This document shows, piece after piece, positions 25,353 to 38,899 of a stretch of DNA of 64,000 nt. Numbering within the stretch: the stretch's first letter is position 1; every line of letters starts with the position of its first letter. A model generated the notes under the pieces. That model saw only the letters and a program-made list of their open reading frames with translations. It was not told where the DNA came from and did not search any database. The position numbers were made by a program, and so were the translations under genes. Origin of the DNA: Octopus vulgaris (taxonomy: Eukaryota); assembly GCA_951406725.2 (NCBI GenBank), contig OX597828.1, forward strand, positions 21,142,001-21,206,000. Reading direction: 5' to 3'.

Positions 25353-25982
25353 TTCAAATTTTACCACAAGAGCAGTCATTTTGTGGGGAGAGGATGAGTC
25401 GATTACATTGACCCCAGTGTTTAACTGGTACTTATTTTATCAACTCAGAAAGGATGGAAGCTAAAGTCGACCTTGGTGGAATTTGAACTCAGAATGTAGC
25501 GACGGGTGAAATGCCACTAAGCATTTCATCCAGTGTGCTAACGATTCTGCCAGCTCACCACCTTCAATAATAATAATAATAATGGTAATTTTAGTTTTTC
25601 TTTTTTTTTTTTCTTGTTTCAGTCATTGGACTGTGGCCCTCCTGGGGCACCACCTTGAAAAGTTTAGTTCAACAAATCAACCCCAGTACTTAAGTTGGGT
25701 ACTTACTCTGTCAGTCTCTTTTGCCAAACTGCTAAGTTACGGAGACGTAAATAAATCAACACCCGGTGTCAAGAAGCCGTTGTGGTGGTAGGGGGCACAC
25801 ACACACACACATATATAAATGATAGACTTCTACTCAGTTTCCAGTTATCAAATTCAACCAAAAGACATTGGTTGGCCCAGGGTTATAGTAGGAGGCACTT
25901 GCTCAAGGTGCCACATGGTTGCAAAGTGAGCTTAAGCTTATTTGCTCTAGAATCTACTTGCACCTTCTTTGTACCCTTTCAC

Positions 25983-26412
25983 CAGGGCCGGATTAAGACC
26001 CATTGAGGCCCTAAGCACTTAAAAGATTTTGGTGCCCCCATAAAAGATTATGTAATTCAAAATATAAACAATAACAAACCATAAAATAAATTTTTATTTT
26101 TCAAAACGAAACAAAACAGTAAGAAGGGAAAATAATGTTTATTTTTGTATACTTCCACTTTATTTATATTTGAAAAGTTTCCTCCTACTTATTTGAGTTG
26201 CTAAGTCTTTGATCAGATCCTCAAAATCAATCTCAGGTAACACATCTTCATCTGTACTTAGTAGAGATAAAGGCATCCTGAATATTACTTTAGCAAGTTT
26301 AATGTGATTTCTTTTGTGCTGTAAACCATTTACCATTTCTGTAGTTCCCCCCCCACCTTCCCTTGATGCCCTAAGCATGTGCTTATTTTACTTAATGGTT
26401 AATCCAGTGCTG
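25983..26412 (-). mobile_element. Internally deleted hAT transposon
   Basis: TIRs CAGGGCCGGATTAA/TTAATCCAGTGCTG and TSD CCTTTCAC/CCTTTTAC. The minus-strand peptide LSLLSTDEDVLPEIDFEDLIKDLATQISRRKLF resembles the end of a hAT dimerisation domain. Confidence 0.85.
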
Positions 26413-26486
26413 CCTTTTACCATTTTTGTTTGCTTCCATTTAACTAGCCTCAACAAATTTTTATCGTTTCCATTTCCCCATTTCAG

Positions 26487-26642
26487 AGGAACTTCGCTAA
26501 ACAGCAGCGCTTTGCCAGTACATTGGTAATTGCTGAACACAACAATGATACACTCGGCTCTATTACTCTGAATGCAATTAGTGCCGCAGCAAAGATTGGT
26601 GGAGATATCACATGTTTGGTGGCAGGAACTCAATGTGCCAAG
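26487..26642 (+). CDS. ETFA: ETFA exon 2
   Basis: TTTCAG|[52 protein letters not shown]|GT. Confidence 0.95.
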
Positions 26643-26988
26643 GTCTGTATGTTTACTTTATGTTTGTTCCGTGTTGTCTTTGTTTTTGCTTTAGTTTAGT
26701 TTTATTTTATTTGCTAAACACCAAAAAACTGCATCTAGTGCCAGAGTGCTTCTTTTTTTTTTTGGGATTAAGTATCCATTTTTCTTTGCTTGCATGGGTT
26801 GGACAAAATTTGTTGAGGCAAATTTTCTACTGTCGGATGCTCTCCCTGTTGCCAACTCTCACCTGTTTCCAAGCAAGAAGATAATAGTCAGACATGTTTT
26901 CCATAGAAGAGAGGAGACATGCAACACTGATTGTATGATGGTGATGTTCACTTATGATTATCACATGATGTCAAGATATGGTTTCACA

Positions 26989-27024
<36 letters not shown>

Positions 27025-27177
27025 GTGAGCTTCTTTCAGTTTTTGTCTACCAAATCCACTCACAAGGCTTTGGTTGATTCAAGGCTATAGTAGAAGATGC
27101 CTGCCCTAGGTGCCACTCAATGGGACTGAACTCAAGACCACATGATGATGGAGCAAGCTTCTTGTCCCCTTTACCAC

Positions 27178-27467
27178 CAGGGCTGTAGAGTAAAAAAAAA
27201 AAAAAACTTCGACTCTGTCTCTGACTCCTGCACTATTGGCACCTCCGACTCTGACTCCCCTTTATGTAATTGATTGTGGTCTACATATCTCATAAAGCAT
27301 ACGCTTGTACTTTGAGTAGGCCTAAATGTTATAACTGGTTTATATTAGAGAATAAAGATATTCTGAGTCGGAATCAGAGTCGGTATAGTTTTACTGACTC
27401 TGACTCTAACTCCAGCTACTCCTTAATTATTTCTGACTCAGACGCCAACTCCGACTCCACAACCCTG
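27178..27467. mobile_element. hAT-type MITE with GACTCC/GACTCT subterminal repeats
   Basis: Termini CAGGGCTGTAGAGT...ACTCCACAACCCTG and TSD TTTACCAC/ATTACCAC. Confidence 0.8.
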
Positions 27468-29133
27468 ATTACCACACCCCTAGATGTTGAGAAGAATTGA
27501 GTTACTTTTTAACTGTTATTTCTCCCAAGTCTGTCCTGACTCACAGCAGTTGATTCTGCAAGTGTTGCAGAATAAACTTCATTGTTAAATCACACTGACT
27601 CCCCCCCTACCACGACCACCACATAGGGTCCTGGATTTGGCTGTAGCCAATAACTCACTATGGTCAACTAGGGACTGTTACGTCACAGGGTGATTCTCGA
27701 AGTTCAAAGTCTATGGGATCATACAGAAATAGAAAAGGAGCTGTTGCCTTGTAGATTGGATTGCAGAGCATGAAAGGGTCAAGGAACCAACCCCAACAGA
27801 AAAAGGGGTTGCTGAAGGACTTGCTGCACCTTTAGTGTATTGTCTGCAAATTGACAAAATGAATAGATGTAGGCATGTAATCGACTTTGTCTGTCCTTGT
27901 TTATCCCCTCTATGTTTAGCCCCTTGTGGGCAATAAAGAAATAAGAATCTGAATGCTTAAGGGTTAAATTACATTATTATTTCTTTCTGTTTCTGTCATT
28001 TTTGCAAGTTACTTGGTGACTGTGCTGGTGCCATGTAAAATGCATCTAGTTTACACTGTGAAGTGGTTGGCATTTGGAAGGGCATTCAGCTGTAAAACCA
28101 TGCGGAAACTGACCTTGCTTGTGCTGGTGTCATGTAAAAAAGCCCTCAGTTCACTTTGTAGGGTGGTTGGTGTTAGGAAGGGAGGGCATCCATCCGTAAA
28201 ATCCATGGCAAAACAGACACAGTAGCCTGGGGTACTCTTCAGCTGTCCAACCCATGCCAGGTGAACTTTAAACGATGACATGATGATGACTGCTGTGTAT
28301 GTAGAGAGCTTTCATGAGTTTCGTAAGGTGTTATGGTGACTCAAAAAGTAAAAATCAGACATCTGGAAAATTCAGTTATCCAACAAACATCCAGTCCTTG
28401 TGGTACCAAGAAAGAGGTAGTTGATTTCTTAACTACCCACAAGGGGCTAAACACAGAGGGGACAAACAAGGACAGACAAAGGGATTAAGTCGATTACATC
28501 GACCCCAGTACGCAACTGGTACTTAATTTATCGACCCCGGAAGGATGAAAGGCAAAGTCGACCTTGGCGGAATTTGAACTCGGAACGTAACAACAGACGA
28601 AATACGGCTACGCATTTCGCTCGGCGTGCTAACGTTTCTGCCAGCTAGCCACCTTATGAAAGAGGTAGTTTACTATGTAAACACCTAGGGTACATCTTTC
28701 TTTGTTGTTGATCCCAGGTCATCCTTGATTGTGCAGAGATTCCAGCTTTGGCCATCCTGCCTTTGGATATACATAAATCACATGACTAGCAATAATGCCT
28801 GTTATATAATTCCTCCCTTCTGCTAATATCAGGTTATTGTTTGACTGTAGTCAAGTAAAATCAGTGGTGGTTAAACATACCTTTGTTTTCTTTTGCTGGG
28901 GTCTATAGAAAAGAGAGACTGCAAGTGAGAGGTGTAGATTGTTCAGCTCATTGGAGTGGATATTATAATTAGTGAAATTGGGTTAGCTTGTTGTCACCAT
29001 TGTCCCATATTGCTATGTTTAGTCAGCATAATGTTGTATGAAGGTAAGAGATAAGGCAGGTAGTCGTAAGTCCTAATTTAAATTTCATTGAACCTCTTCA
29101 GTAGACTTTGTACCTCTGTCATAGCAAATTGCT

Positions 29134-29173
<40 letters not shown>

Positions 29174-29471
29174 GATTGCAGCATGGAAGGTGTTTATAAG
29201 CCATTTAAGAAACACACCAAATCTGTTAGATTCACTTCAACATATAAATTTAATTTGTCGAAATATTTTCGTTGCTTTGAGACCGCGACCTATTCACTGA
29301 CAAAATTCTGTGCTGCATAATGTACACACACACACACAGATGTGTGTGTGTGCATGTGTGTATATATGTGTGTATGTGTATATATGTGTGTGTATGTATA
29401 TATATATATATGTGTATGTGTGTGTATGTATGTACATGTGTGTGTATGCATATGCCTGTGTTTGTATGTCA

Positions 29472-29511
<40 letters not shown>

Positions 29512-30017
29512 TTATATATTTTTATATATGCAAAAACATATATTCAAGAGTGTGTGTGTTTGAAAAGGTTTAACGAAAGCTCTCACACACTAGAAAAAAA
29601 TGCTTCTTCCCCCACCCAAAGGTTAGTAACATCCTCATTTTCATAAGATTAAAAAAAAATATTTTGTTTTTTAGAAAAATCACCTTTACACTTCAAAAAC
29701 TATTAAATAATCCTGATAGACTTTCAAATATATATTTATGTATATAAGGAAAAAAAGAAAATGGAGATAAAATTGATAATTGATAAACATCAATTATCAT
29801 TTATTGATTATGGAATGGTTTTTTTCCTTAAATATAGATAAACTTTGGTTTATTGTTTTCCTTACCTATCGTTTATGAGTATCAATACTAATACTCATAA
29901 AATCACATTAAGGGTAAGACACCAGTTAATTTATTGGATAGAAGTATACCTTAGACGGTTGTTATAACCTCTAATTTAACTCACCCTTATTTACACACAC
30001 ACACACACACACATATA

Positions 30018-30054
<37 letters not shown>

Positions 30055-30338
30055 ATATATATATATGTGTATATATGTGTGTATATATATATATATGTGT
30101 ATATATGTGTGTATATATATATATGTGTATATATGTGTGTGTATATATATGTGTATATATATGTATATATATATGTGTATATATATATGTATATATATAT
30201 ATATGTGTATATATATATACACACATATATATACACACACATATATATATATATCTATACACACACACACACACACATATATACATACACACACATATAT
30301 ACATATATATATGTATACACACACAAACATATATACAT

Positions 30339-30397
<59 letters not shown>

Positions 30398-31251
30398 TAT
30401 ATACTCACAAATACATACACATACATACATATGCACACACACACACATACACATAATCACAGGCAAAAGCATGTCTGTGTTGTTAAAATTATTTTGTAAT
30501 TTCTAGTACCGATCACCCTGGGCAAGTATCTTCTATCCAAAGCCTTGCGAGTAGAATTGATTGGTGAAAACTAAAAGAATCCCATCATATACGTATATCC
30601 TATCTTATTTTCAGACATTGTGTGTCGAAGACCATCCTGTCTTATTTTCCATCATGGTGTATCTGGGTCATAATGTATCCAGTGTGTTCTTTCTTTGGTT
30701 TTTAACGATAATAGACTTAGTCTTGCTTGAAGGTGGTTTACTGTTATTTCTAGTAGTTTCAGCAACCAGCTAATGGCTCCCTTAATGGTTTATGTGCAGC
30801 TATTACCAACGTTAGGTTCCTGTAAATGTAACTTGACACAAGCTCACCTCTTCCAATGCCTCCTCCCCTCTCGAACGACCTTTGTCTTGCAAAGTGCAGG
30901 TACTGTGTATAAAAAGCATCCAGTCCACAATCTGAAGTGGTTGGCATTTGGAAGGGCATCCAACTGTAAAAGCCAAGCCAAAACTGACCTCGCCTGTGTT
31001 GGTGCCACTTAAAAATCACTCAGTCCACACTGTAATTTTCTTCAAACTTGGCATGAAGGAAGGAAAGACTATTTGGTTTCTCAAGAAGTTATTATTTTTT
31101 TTTTGCCTTAACTTCGTTTAACAAAACCCAAAATTTTATTGAAATAAAGGCATGCTTAATTATTTTTTAATGAAAAGAAAACACTGATTGCTTTATGTTC
31201 AGCAGATATGATTCAGCACCGTCCATTGGATGGAGGGGGGGCGTTTTGCTC

Positions 31252-31284
<33 letters not shown>

Positions 31285-31287
<3 letters not shown>

Positions 31288-31615
31288 TCACCATCGTTTA
31301 GCGTCCGTTTTCCATGCTAGCATGGGTTGGACGGTTCTACTGGGGTCTCTGAAGCCAGAAGGCTTCATCAGGCCCAGTCAAATCTGGCCCAGTCAAATCT
31401 GGCCCAGTCAAATCTGGCAGTGTTTCTACGGCTGGATGCCCTTCCTAACGCCAACCACTCCGTGAGTGTAGTGGGTGCTTTTTACGTGCCACCCGCACAG
31501 GTGCCAGACAGAGCTGGCAAACGGCCACGAACGGATAGTGCTTTTTATGTGCCACCGGCACGAGGGCCAGGTGTAGGCTGGCAACGGACACGAACGGATG
31601 GTGCTTTTTACGTGC

Positions 31616-31616
<1 letters not shown>
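31285..31616 (-). mobile_element. SINE family C (GGCGTTAGGAAGGGCATCCAGCCGTAGAAA core, (GAT)n tail)
   Basis: Homologous copies at about 28000-28290, 35965-36275, 40140-40560, 44220-44480 and 49005-49340; internal short tandem duplications. Confidence 0.75.
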
Positions 31617-31646
<30 letters not shown>

Positions 31647-31797
31647 GAGACAAACCACTATTTAGTTATTCTATCAATATATGTAAAAACTTATACATAC
31701 ACACACACACACTCTCTTCCTGAATGGGATAGCAATCCTTTACAGGATTACTAATTTCTACAATTGAGTTAACTGGAATGGTGTGAGATAAAGTGTC

Positions 31798-32257
31798 GGC
31801 GATGTTTCGCTTGTCGTAGCACAAGTTTCCGTCGATTTCCGTAAAAAACTTTTATTTTTTTACATAAGTAATGAGAGCGAAAGAGACTAAGAGAAAGCGA
31901 TTGTATGACGAGGGAAGTTCTTTTGAAGTTACCGTGCATGGCAAGCATTGATGTACATGTGTGTGTGTGTGTTTGATGGGGTGTGGGAGACAGACAGTAT
32001 GTTGTGTAAGTGAAGTGCTTCTGTTAGTGTGTGTGAAGAGACAGAGTAATGTGTGAAAGAGAGAGATAACTGAAATTTTTACTCGGTGTATGTGTATGTC
32101 TGCATTTATGTGTGTGTGTATGTATCTATGTATGTGTGTATGTGTATGTATGTGTGTATGTATGTATGTATCTATGTATGTATGTATGGCCGATTCAGTG
32201 TTTACATTTTTTACGGAAATCGACGGAAACGTGTGCTATGACAAGCGAAACATCGCC
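31798..32257. mobile_element. Merlin-like MITE
   Basis: ~50-bp TIRs beginning GGCGATGTTTCGCTTGTC and a perfect 8-bp TSD AAAGTGTC (31790-31797 and 32258-32265); it interrupts a SINE. Confidence 0.85.
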
Positions 32258-32413
32258 AAAGTGTCTTGCTGAAGAAGACAATGCGTTGCCTGGGCCATAT
32301 ATCGAAACCATGACGTTACGATCATGAGTCTAACACCCTAACCACTAACCCACACGTCTCCGCTCTCTCTTCATTAACTCACCTGAATCTCTGAACGATA
32401 TTGTTTCTTGAAG

Positions 32414-32495
32414 GTTGCAGAATCTGTGAGCAAAGTAAAAGGTGTTGGAAAAGTTCTAGTCGCCGAAAATGAATCCTTCAGTGGTTTCTTACCAG
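32414..32495 (+). CDS. ETFA: ETFA exon 3
   Basis: AAG|VAESVSKVKGVGKVLVAENESFSGFLP-G|GTAAG, 82 nt. Confidence 0.95.
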
Positions 32496-32524
32496 GTAAG
32501 TGTGTTTGGACCTTACATACTTTG

Positions 32525-33160
32525 GAGTTTGGAGTGGGGAGTACTTAATAACGAGATGGGGGGGTACTTAGTAATGAGGCGGGGGTACTTGATAATGAGG
32601 TGGAGATGCTTAGTAATGAGATAGGGGGTAGTTAATAATGTGATGGGAGTACTTAATAACGAAGTGGAGGGGTACTTGATAATGAGGTGAGGATGCTTAG
32701 TAATGAGATGGGGGTAGTTAATAATATGATTTGAGTACTTAATAACGAGGTGGGGGATAGTTAATAATGTGATGGGAGTACTTAATAATGAGGTGGAGGT
32801 ACTTAGTAATGAGATGGGGGGTAGTTAATAATATGATGGGAGTACTTAGTAATGAGGTGGGGGTACTTAATAACGAGTTGGGGATGCTTAGTAATGAGAT
32901 GGGGTGTAGTTAATAATGTGATGGGAGTACTTAATAATGAGGTGGGGGGTACTTAGTAATGAGGTGGGGGTATTTGATAATGAGGTGGGGATGCTTAGTA
33001 ATGAGATGGGAGGTTGTTAATAATGTGATGGGAGTACTTAATAACGAGGTGGGGGGTACTTGATAATGAGGTGAGGATGCTTAGTAATGAGATTGGTGTA
33101 GTTAATAATGTGATGGGAGTACTTAATAAGGTGGGGCGTATTTAATAATGAAGTGGGGAG
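32525..33160. repeat. G-rich ~21-bp minisatellite (GGGAGTACTTAATAATGAGGT)
   Basis: About 30 variant units starting just after the ETFA exon 3 donor. Confidence 0.9.
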
Positions 33161-33935
33161 GTGCTATTTATTCTTTTGTTGTTTAGCCCCAGGTCAGCTG
33201 TGACTGATCAGACTTTGGTTCAAAGGTATTCTAACAATGATCATCCTAACTTTTTTTTTTTATTTAGGCATAATATATCTTGGATAACACTGTTCAGTGT
33301 TGTTAATTATTTATCAAAGAGTAGAGAGTAATTTAATGGTTATTGGGCTGCTATTTTTAGCAAGACTAGTGATCACATATAAGTTTCTTTCTCAGCATTT
33401 TTTTGTTTGATAAGAAGAGGAAAGTACTTACAGCTTTGTCTTTATTTTCCTAAGGACCATCAGTCAACCAGCTGCACAGGCCCTCCTATTATTGTGGCTC
33501 AGTCTACTTAGCTGTAAGTAGAAACCACAAGATACCTGTTTATGCTGCTGTAGCACATTGTGGAGTTGTTGAGTAACACAATACTATAATGCACTGGTTA
33601 ACCCTTTTGATATGGCTGTGTGGTCTGAAGCTTGCTTCACAATCACATGGTTCTAGGTTCAGTCCCAGTGTGTGGCACATTGGGCATGTGTCTTTTACTA
33701 AGGCCTTGGGACTGGATTTGGTTGACAGAAACTGAAAGAAGCATCCAACTCATGCCAGCATGGAGACAGGCTACTAAATGATGATGACAAGATGTGCATG
33801 AGGGTGTAGATATTCTGTGACAAAAATATCTGACTGACAACTGCAAGGATGAAAAAATGAATGTTAAAATGAGGATGATGAATGATACACACACACAGAC
33901 ACAGTTATAATTTTTATCTTTCTCTTTCTTTCCAG

Positions 33936-34018
33936 AATCCCTGACTCCATTGATAGTTAACCTGCAGAATCAGTTCAAATTTAGTCATGTTTTGGCCGGT
34001 GCCACAGCTATTGGGAAA
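33936..34018 (+). CDS. ETFA: ETFA exon 4
   Basis: CCAG|(E)SLTPLIVNLQNQFKFSHVLAGATAIGK|GTAAGT. Confidence 0.95.
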
Positions 34019-35543
34019 GTAAGTTCAACATTCCAGTTTTGCTACAGTTTGTATCAGATGTTTCACTTGATCCCCACTCTATTTTATTCTTTATTGTTAA
34101 AGTTGTCTACTGTTTCATTACTTCATGTTTTGAGAAAAAGAAATATCATAAGAAGTATCATTGAAAGGATTTGAAATTGAAGTCGGTCAATATTGTGTTG
34201 TCAGAACTCAAATGGACAAAGCTGAAACACCTGCATGCAATTACCGAAATCAAAGCACCTTCCTACTATGAGGATTGTGCCTCTCTAAGGCAGCGGTCTA
34301 TAAAACAGCTTCCCACACAATCTAATTGTATTCCAAGATACTACACATGACTTACAACAAATACTTTCAGAAAAGGTTTGTCCAGCACATGCATACCTTC
34401 CGCATCAGGGTAAACAAAAAATTCTGTTTCTTTATACTGTTTTATCTTGCAATTCTGAGTCCCAATATAACCTAGAAAATTCTTGACAACCCCTTCCTAT
34501 TTATCCAAAGTGCACAGTTCTGACCATTTTTCTCATTAAGAAACTAGAAATATTATTATAATAGTTAGATAAGAAAACTGTTCAGTCATTCTGGTGCCAC
34601 TAGCAGAGCTCCCTACTGGCTAACTTTAAACTGCTAGCTGTTAATGCTATATCATTAGTTGTTTTACTCTACGTGTATCAATGGATCACTTGTTTCTTTT
34701 ATATGATATCTGAACTGTCTTCCAACTTCTTACAACATAACTATATCCAGGTTATTAGCTGTTAATACAATTCATGTACTTTTGCTGGTACCTACAAAAA
34801 TTTTACTTCCAACACTAATTTTTAAACAGAACAAGGGAGATTACTTCTTCACACTGTTCATTAGTTGCCAGCCACTGATCCTCTGACTAACCAGTAGCAG
34901 TCCTCTTCAGTAGTCAGTTGCACCTACCATCTGTTAGCAGCTGACACCAGTAGATAGCTATCACCTTTACCATGTGAGCCAAACCAGCCAATGAAAGGCT
35001 CTTTACTCCTCATCTAATGACAGCTAGTCTTACCTAGAAGCTTTGAAAGCCTTGTTACTTAGAAACAGGTGTTGGAAAGATAAGGAGTGTTTTCTTCACT
35101 TCTGTGAAACTTTAAAGTGATTAGCCTCAAGCTGACCAAAGCCTTGTGAATGTACTTGAGAGATGGAAACTGAAAGAAGCCCATCTTATATATATATATA
35201 TAATAATATTAGGGAATAAATCCAAATTTACAGGGAAAAATTAGATTTAGGATTAAATCCAATTTTATAGTATAAATATATTATATTATGTTAAATAAGA
35301 GATAAAACCACTATTAGGCAAATCAAACAGTGAAAAACATAAGCCAATACATAAAATTAATTTAAAAATATAAAAGTTAAAAATAAAAAATTATTTAAAT
35401 AATTTAAACTTATAAATTTTATATATGTATACAAATATATATATATATATGTATGTATGTATGTATATTTTAATATTTATATATTATTTTATTTATTAAT
35501 TAATTAATTAATTAATTTATTTATTTTAATTTTTTATTTTTTT

Positions 35544-35580
<37 letters not shown>

Positions 35581-35929
35581 AAATGTATGTATGCATGTGT
35601 GCGTGTGAACATGCTTGTGTGTCTGTGTTTGTCCCCTCTACTATCGCTTGACAACCAATGTTGGTTTGTTTCTGTCCCCATAATTTAGTGGCTCAGCAAA
35701 AGAGCCCAATACAATAAGTACTAGGCTTGCAAAGTATAAGTCCTGAGGTCGATTAGTTTGACTAAAGCCGGTACTCCAGCATATATATATATATATATAT
35801 ATATAACATTAAGGGTACACGTGTCTGTGGAGTGCTCAGCCACTTACACGTTAATTTCATGAGCAGGCTGTTCCGTTGATTCGGATCAACCGGAACTCTC
35901 GTCGTCGTAACCGACGGAGTGCTTCCACA

Positions 35930-35965
<36 letters not shown>

Positions 35966-36629
35966 CTGGCACGTAAAAAGCACCATCCGAACGTGGTTGA
36001 TGCCAGTACCCACTGACTGGCCCCCGTGCTGGTGGCACGCAAAAAGCTTTATCTGAACGTGATTCATGCCAGGCCCACCTGACTGGCTCCTATGCCAGTG
36101 GCGGATAAAAAGCACCCGCTACACCCTCAGAGTGGCTGGCTTTAGGAAGGGCATCAAGCTGTAGAAACATTGCCAGATCAGATTGGAGCCTGGTGCAGCC
36201 GTTGGCTCTCCAGACCACAGTCAAACCGTCCAATCCATGCCAGCATGGAAAACAGATGTTAAACAATGATGATGATATATATATTTGTGTGTATGCATGC
36301 GTGTGTGTGTGTGTATGCATGCGTGTGTGTTGTTACTGTCATTGTCTCAACATCGCATAATCAAGTGTCACTATCATGCTAGCAGTGGCCTTCATATCCA
36401 ATATTCTGAGATATGGCTGGCCATGGGGAAATATCACCTTACTAGGAAACACGTGAGGGCTGGCGATGTGAAGGGCAACCAGCTGTAGAAAGATTACTAC
36501 CTCAACAAATTCTGTCCTGCCTAAGCAAGCATGCTAAAATAGACATTAAAGCAATGCTAACCAAAACCATCTACACACACACATATACACAAATTAATAT
36601 AGATACTTACGTTTACCCTTATCTTTCAG

Positions 36630-36729
36630 AACCTGTTACCCCGAGTTGCTGCTAAACTTGATATTTCACCAGTTAGTGATATCATAGGTATTAAATCAGA
36701 AGATACATTCGTACGCACTATTTATGCTG
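36630..36729 (+). CDS. ETFA: ETFA exon 5
   Basis: TTTCAG|[34 protein letters not shown]|GTAAGT. Confidence 0.97.
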
Positions 36730-36982
36730 GTAAGTGAATTCTCTCCACCGCATCGACTTTACTTATTGCTTTCCGATCAACCCTCAATATATATTGGACT
36801 TTGCTCATCATATCCATTATTGTTTATCCACAATGTCTTTTATAGTTTACACATATTATGCTTTGTGGGTTTCACGCAAGTTTTTCATTAGGATTTAGCC
36901 AATAATATCAGTTGTGCTTTACCCATATTATATATACGGCGGTGACTGGCAGAAACGTTAACATGCCGGGCAAAATGCTTAG

Positions 36983-37461
36983 TCCTGCTGGGTGTCCAAA
37001 TCAACCTCCTCACCAAGCTGAGATGGGCGGGCCACGTCTCCCGCATGTCCGACACTCGCATCCCAAAATAGCTCTTCTACGGTGAACTCAGCCAGGGCAA
37101 ACGCAAAGTCGGAGGGCAGAAGAAGCGCTTCAAGGACAGTCTCAAGGTCTCTCTCAAAGACTTCTCCATCGGCACAGAGACTTGGGAGACACTTGCTGCT
37201 GACCGCTCATCCTGGCGCAGTGCAATCACCACAGGAGCAGGGATAGCCGAGGAGGGACGGATTCGGTCAGCAGAGCAGAAACGCCAGATGCGGAAAGCCA
37301 GAGCTGCCTGCACCAGTAGCACGGCCCCTACCCACTTCTGCCCCACCTGTGGGAGGGGCTTCCTTGCCCGGATTGGCCTCACCAGCCACCTCCGGTCTCA
37401 TAGCGGCAGTTCCACCAGATGATGTCAGTGGTCATCTTCGAACCCGAAGGACGAACATTAT
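36983..37461 (+). mobile_element. 5'-truncated RTE-clade LINE
   Basis: [42 protein letters not shown]...CPTCGRGFLARIGLTSHLRSH, with a short 3'UTR and an (ATT)n tail. Confidence 0.9.
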
Positions 37462-38476
37462 TATATACGGCGGTGACTGGCAGAAACGTTAACATGCCGG
37501 GCAAAATACTTAGCGGTATGTCGTCTGCCGTTACGTTCTGAGTTCAAATTCCGCCGAGGTCGACTTTGCCTTTCATCCTTTCGAGGTCGATAAATTAAAT
37601 ACCAGTTGTGCACTGGGGTGGATGTAATCGACTTAATCTCTTTGTTTGTCCTTGTTTGTCCCCTCTGTGTTTAGCCCCTTGTGGGCAATAAAGAAATAAA
37701 AATATATTGTGGTTTAGCTCTTTAGATTTTAAGCTGGCTAAGTCTGGTCCAAGTGTTTTACCTGCTTGATGTTTTTATTGACCGAGTATTTTACCTGTTT
37801 GACTGTCCAGATCTGGCCTCTTCCATCTAGTTTCCTATATTGTTCTAGCAACGTCTTAAACAATCACATCATTGAAATATTGCAGCCATAAGATAATGTG
37901 TTATTAGCTCAAAACAATGTGAATAAATAAGCATTCCATTTGACAGAGTAGTCTGAATGATAAATAGTTAACACATCTTTGCCGGCTTTATCATTAGTTC
38001 TGGCGTTTCTCATTTGGAATTTGTGAGAAACTTCAGTCACTCATGCACACACGCATATATATAATCATAAGAAACTCACTCGTACACACAAACACAACCA
38101 CAGACATGTACACACACACACACACACAAACACACTTACACAAATGAACACAGAGGCATGCACACAGAGTGAGACACATGGACACACAGACACACACACA
38201 CACCGTTATTCATATTACTTGTGCTGGAAGGCAACGAGCTGGTAGAATTGTTTGTCTGCTGGGCAAAAACGCTTAGCAGCATTATTATGTCCGTCTTCTC
38301 GTTATGAGTTCAATTTCCACCGAGGTCGACTCTGCCTTTCATCCTTTCAGCGTCGATAAAATAATTACTTGTTGGACACTGGAGGAGGGTCGATGTAATC
38401 CACTTACGACTTCCCCCCACCTAATTGCTAGCCTTGTATCAAGATTTAAAGCCAATATTACTTGTACTGTATTATT

Positions 38477-38899
38477 GGATCTTTTCAGTCTGAACGGCAG
38501 TTTTTTCTAGCGGTGTCATATGAAATTGTCACCCATAATTATGACCCTAGAATCGATCTATTGCATTTCAATCTCTTTTAGGGTTAGGGTTTGGGGTGGG
38601 GGAAGGGTATTTTTTTTCTTCACAAATGTAAATAAACCCAATCTGTTTCTTAAACGGGGACATATTCATACGGCACAGAATGTTTTGTTTTTTTTACCTC
38701 AATAGACGTCATTGATTGGTTGAAATTGCAGAAATTGAAGAAAAAACAACAACAAATATCTTACAAACCATAGAATTTTCTCAATAAAGCCAAGAGAAAA
38801 AGATGTTTTATAAACACATTCTACCAGTATACGAAGTGTAAAATTTTTTAGTTACGTGGAAATTATTTTAAAAAACTGCCGTTCAAACCGAAAAGATCC
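38477..38899. mobile_element. MITE with ~30-bp TIRs and internal TTAGGG-like repeats
   Basis: GGATCTTTTCAGTCTGAACGGCAGTTTTT / AAAAACTGCCGTTCAAACCGAAAAGATCC; no obvious TSD. Confidence 0.8.

Noticed and set aside
29310-30506. Many overlapping ORFs rich in Y/I/C/V/H/T (also near 19.5 kb, 45.3-46.2 kb, 47.6-48.8 kb, 57.0-57.6 kb and 58.8-59.4 kb)
   Set aside because: They are translations of (TA)/(TG)/(CA) microsatellites that lack stop codons.
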